Shown here one piece after another: positions 45,934 through 46,419 of a DNA stretch of 46,419 bases. Made by a program: the position numbers and the translations under genes. This DNA comes from Octopus bimaculoides (Eukaryota): positions 74,489,960-74,536,378 of the forward strand of contig NC_068989.1 of assembly GCF_001194135.2 (NCBI RefSeq), in the 5' to 3' direction. Numbering within the stretch: the stretch's first letter is position 1; each line of letters begins with the position of its first letter. The notes beneath the pieces were generated by a model. It saw nothing but the letters and a program-made list of their open reading frames with translations. It did no database searches and was not told the origin of the DNA.

Positions 45934-46419
45934 TACATACNNNNNNNNNNGGTGAAAATGGATTTGTTTGTTTGTCCAAGTTTCCCACGTAACTTGCGGC
46001 CAATATTTCTTCGAGGTCCCACAATCGGATCGTTTCTTCCTTGGTGAAGGGTTCTTCAGGAATCGTCTAAACGTGTCCAATTGACAACTTTACTTCTTTG
46101 CAATGACATGAAGAGAGGTGCCTTTAGAACTTTCTTTGATGACGATAGAATTTTTTTCAGCGTTAAGTCTTTTTCCACGTCCCATTGTTTATAGAAAGGA
46201 GAGGTGCTATCAGCATGTTTCATCAAAAAACTGAAGAATCTGAAATAAACAAGAAAGGACATTACACACAATAGTAAAAACATAACAATGGTGTTGCCAT
46301 AGTGTGCAAACTAGCTGGGAAAAGTTTTATCAAAATCGATTTTCAAATTACCAAATTTCACACTTAACCTAATAGCGTGGTTTTGGGTATGTACATATAT
46401 ATATATATATATATATATA

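Larger units (their letters stand above)
43575..46391 (-). mobile_element. Tc1-like DD37E (TRT-type) DNA transposon with about 190-bp IR/DR termini, decayed and interrupted
   Basis: TIRs at 43575-43770 and 46204-46391; N-terminus MGRGKRLNAEK... starts at 46185; DETRATLDG, HDNAPVH and PDLNPIENLW with 37 residues between the second D and the E; flanked by (TA)n. Confidence 0.9.

Overview
Eukaryotic, AT-rich, microsatellite-saturated, repeat-dominated DNA with 12 N-gaps (about 3.5 kb, most abutting dinucleotide repeats). I could not support any intact host protein-coding gene; nearly all listed ORFs are microsatellite or gap artefacts or decayed transposon frames. The repeat repertoire (tRNA-derived and CORE-type SINEs, R4/Dong-like RLE LINEs with TAA tails, Penelope-like elements, Tc1/mariner and piggyBac-type elements) suggests an octopus/coleoid cephalopod intronic or intergenic region (inference). 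The main hidden signal is a set of minimal type-I hammerhead ribozyme motifs: one with an intact core at 27768-27834; two in 114-bp direct repeats 497 bp apart at 34120-34730, a retrozyme-like layout between two Penelope fragments; and three decayed candidates. Other points of interest: a DD37E (TRT-type) Tc1 element with IR/DR termini, an unclassified 1.2-kb inverted-repeat element with a decayed unknown ORF (8168-9338), a cluster of three perfect CRE palindromes (13083-14502), and minisatellites born inside SINEs.
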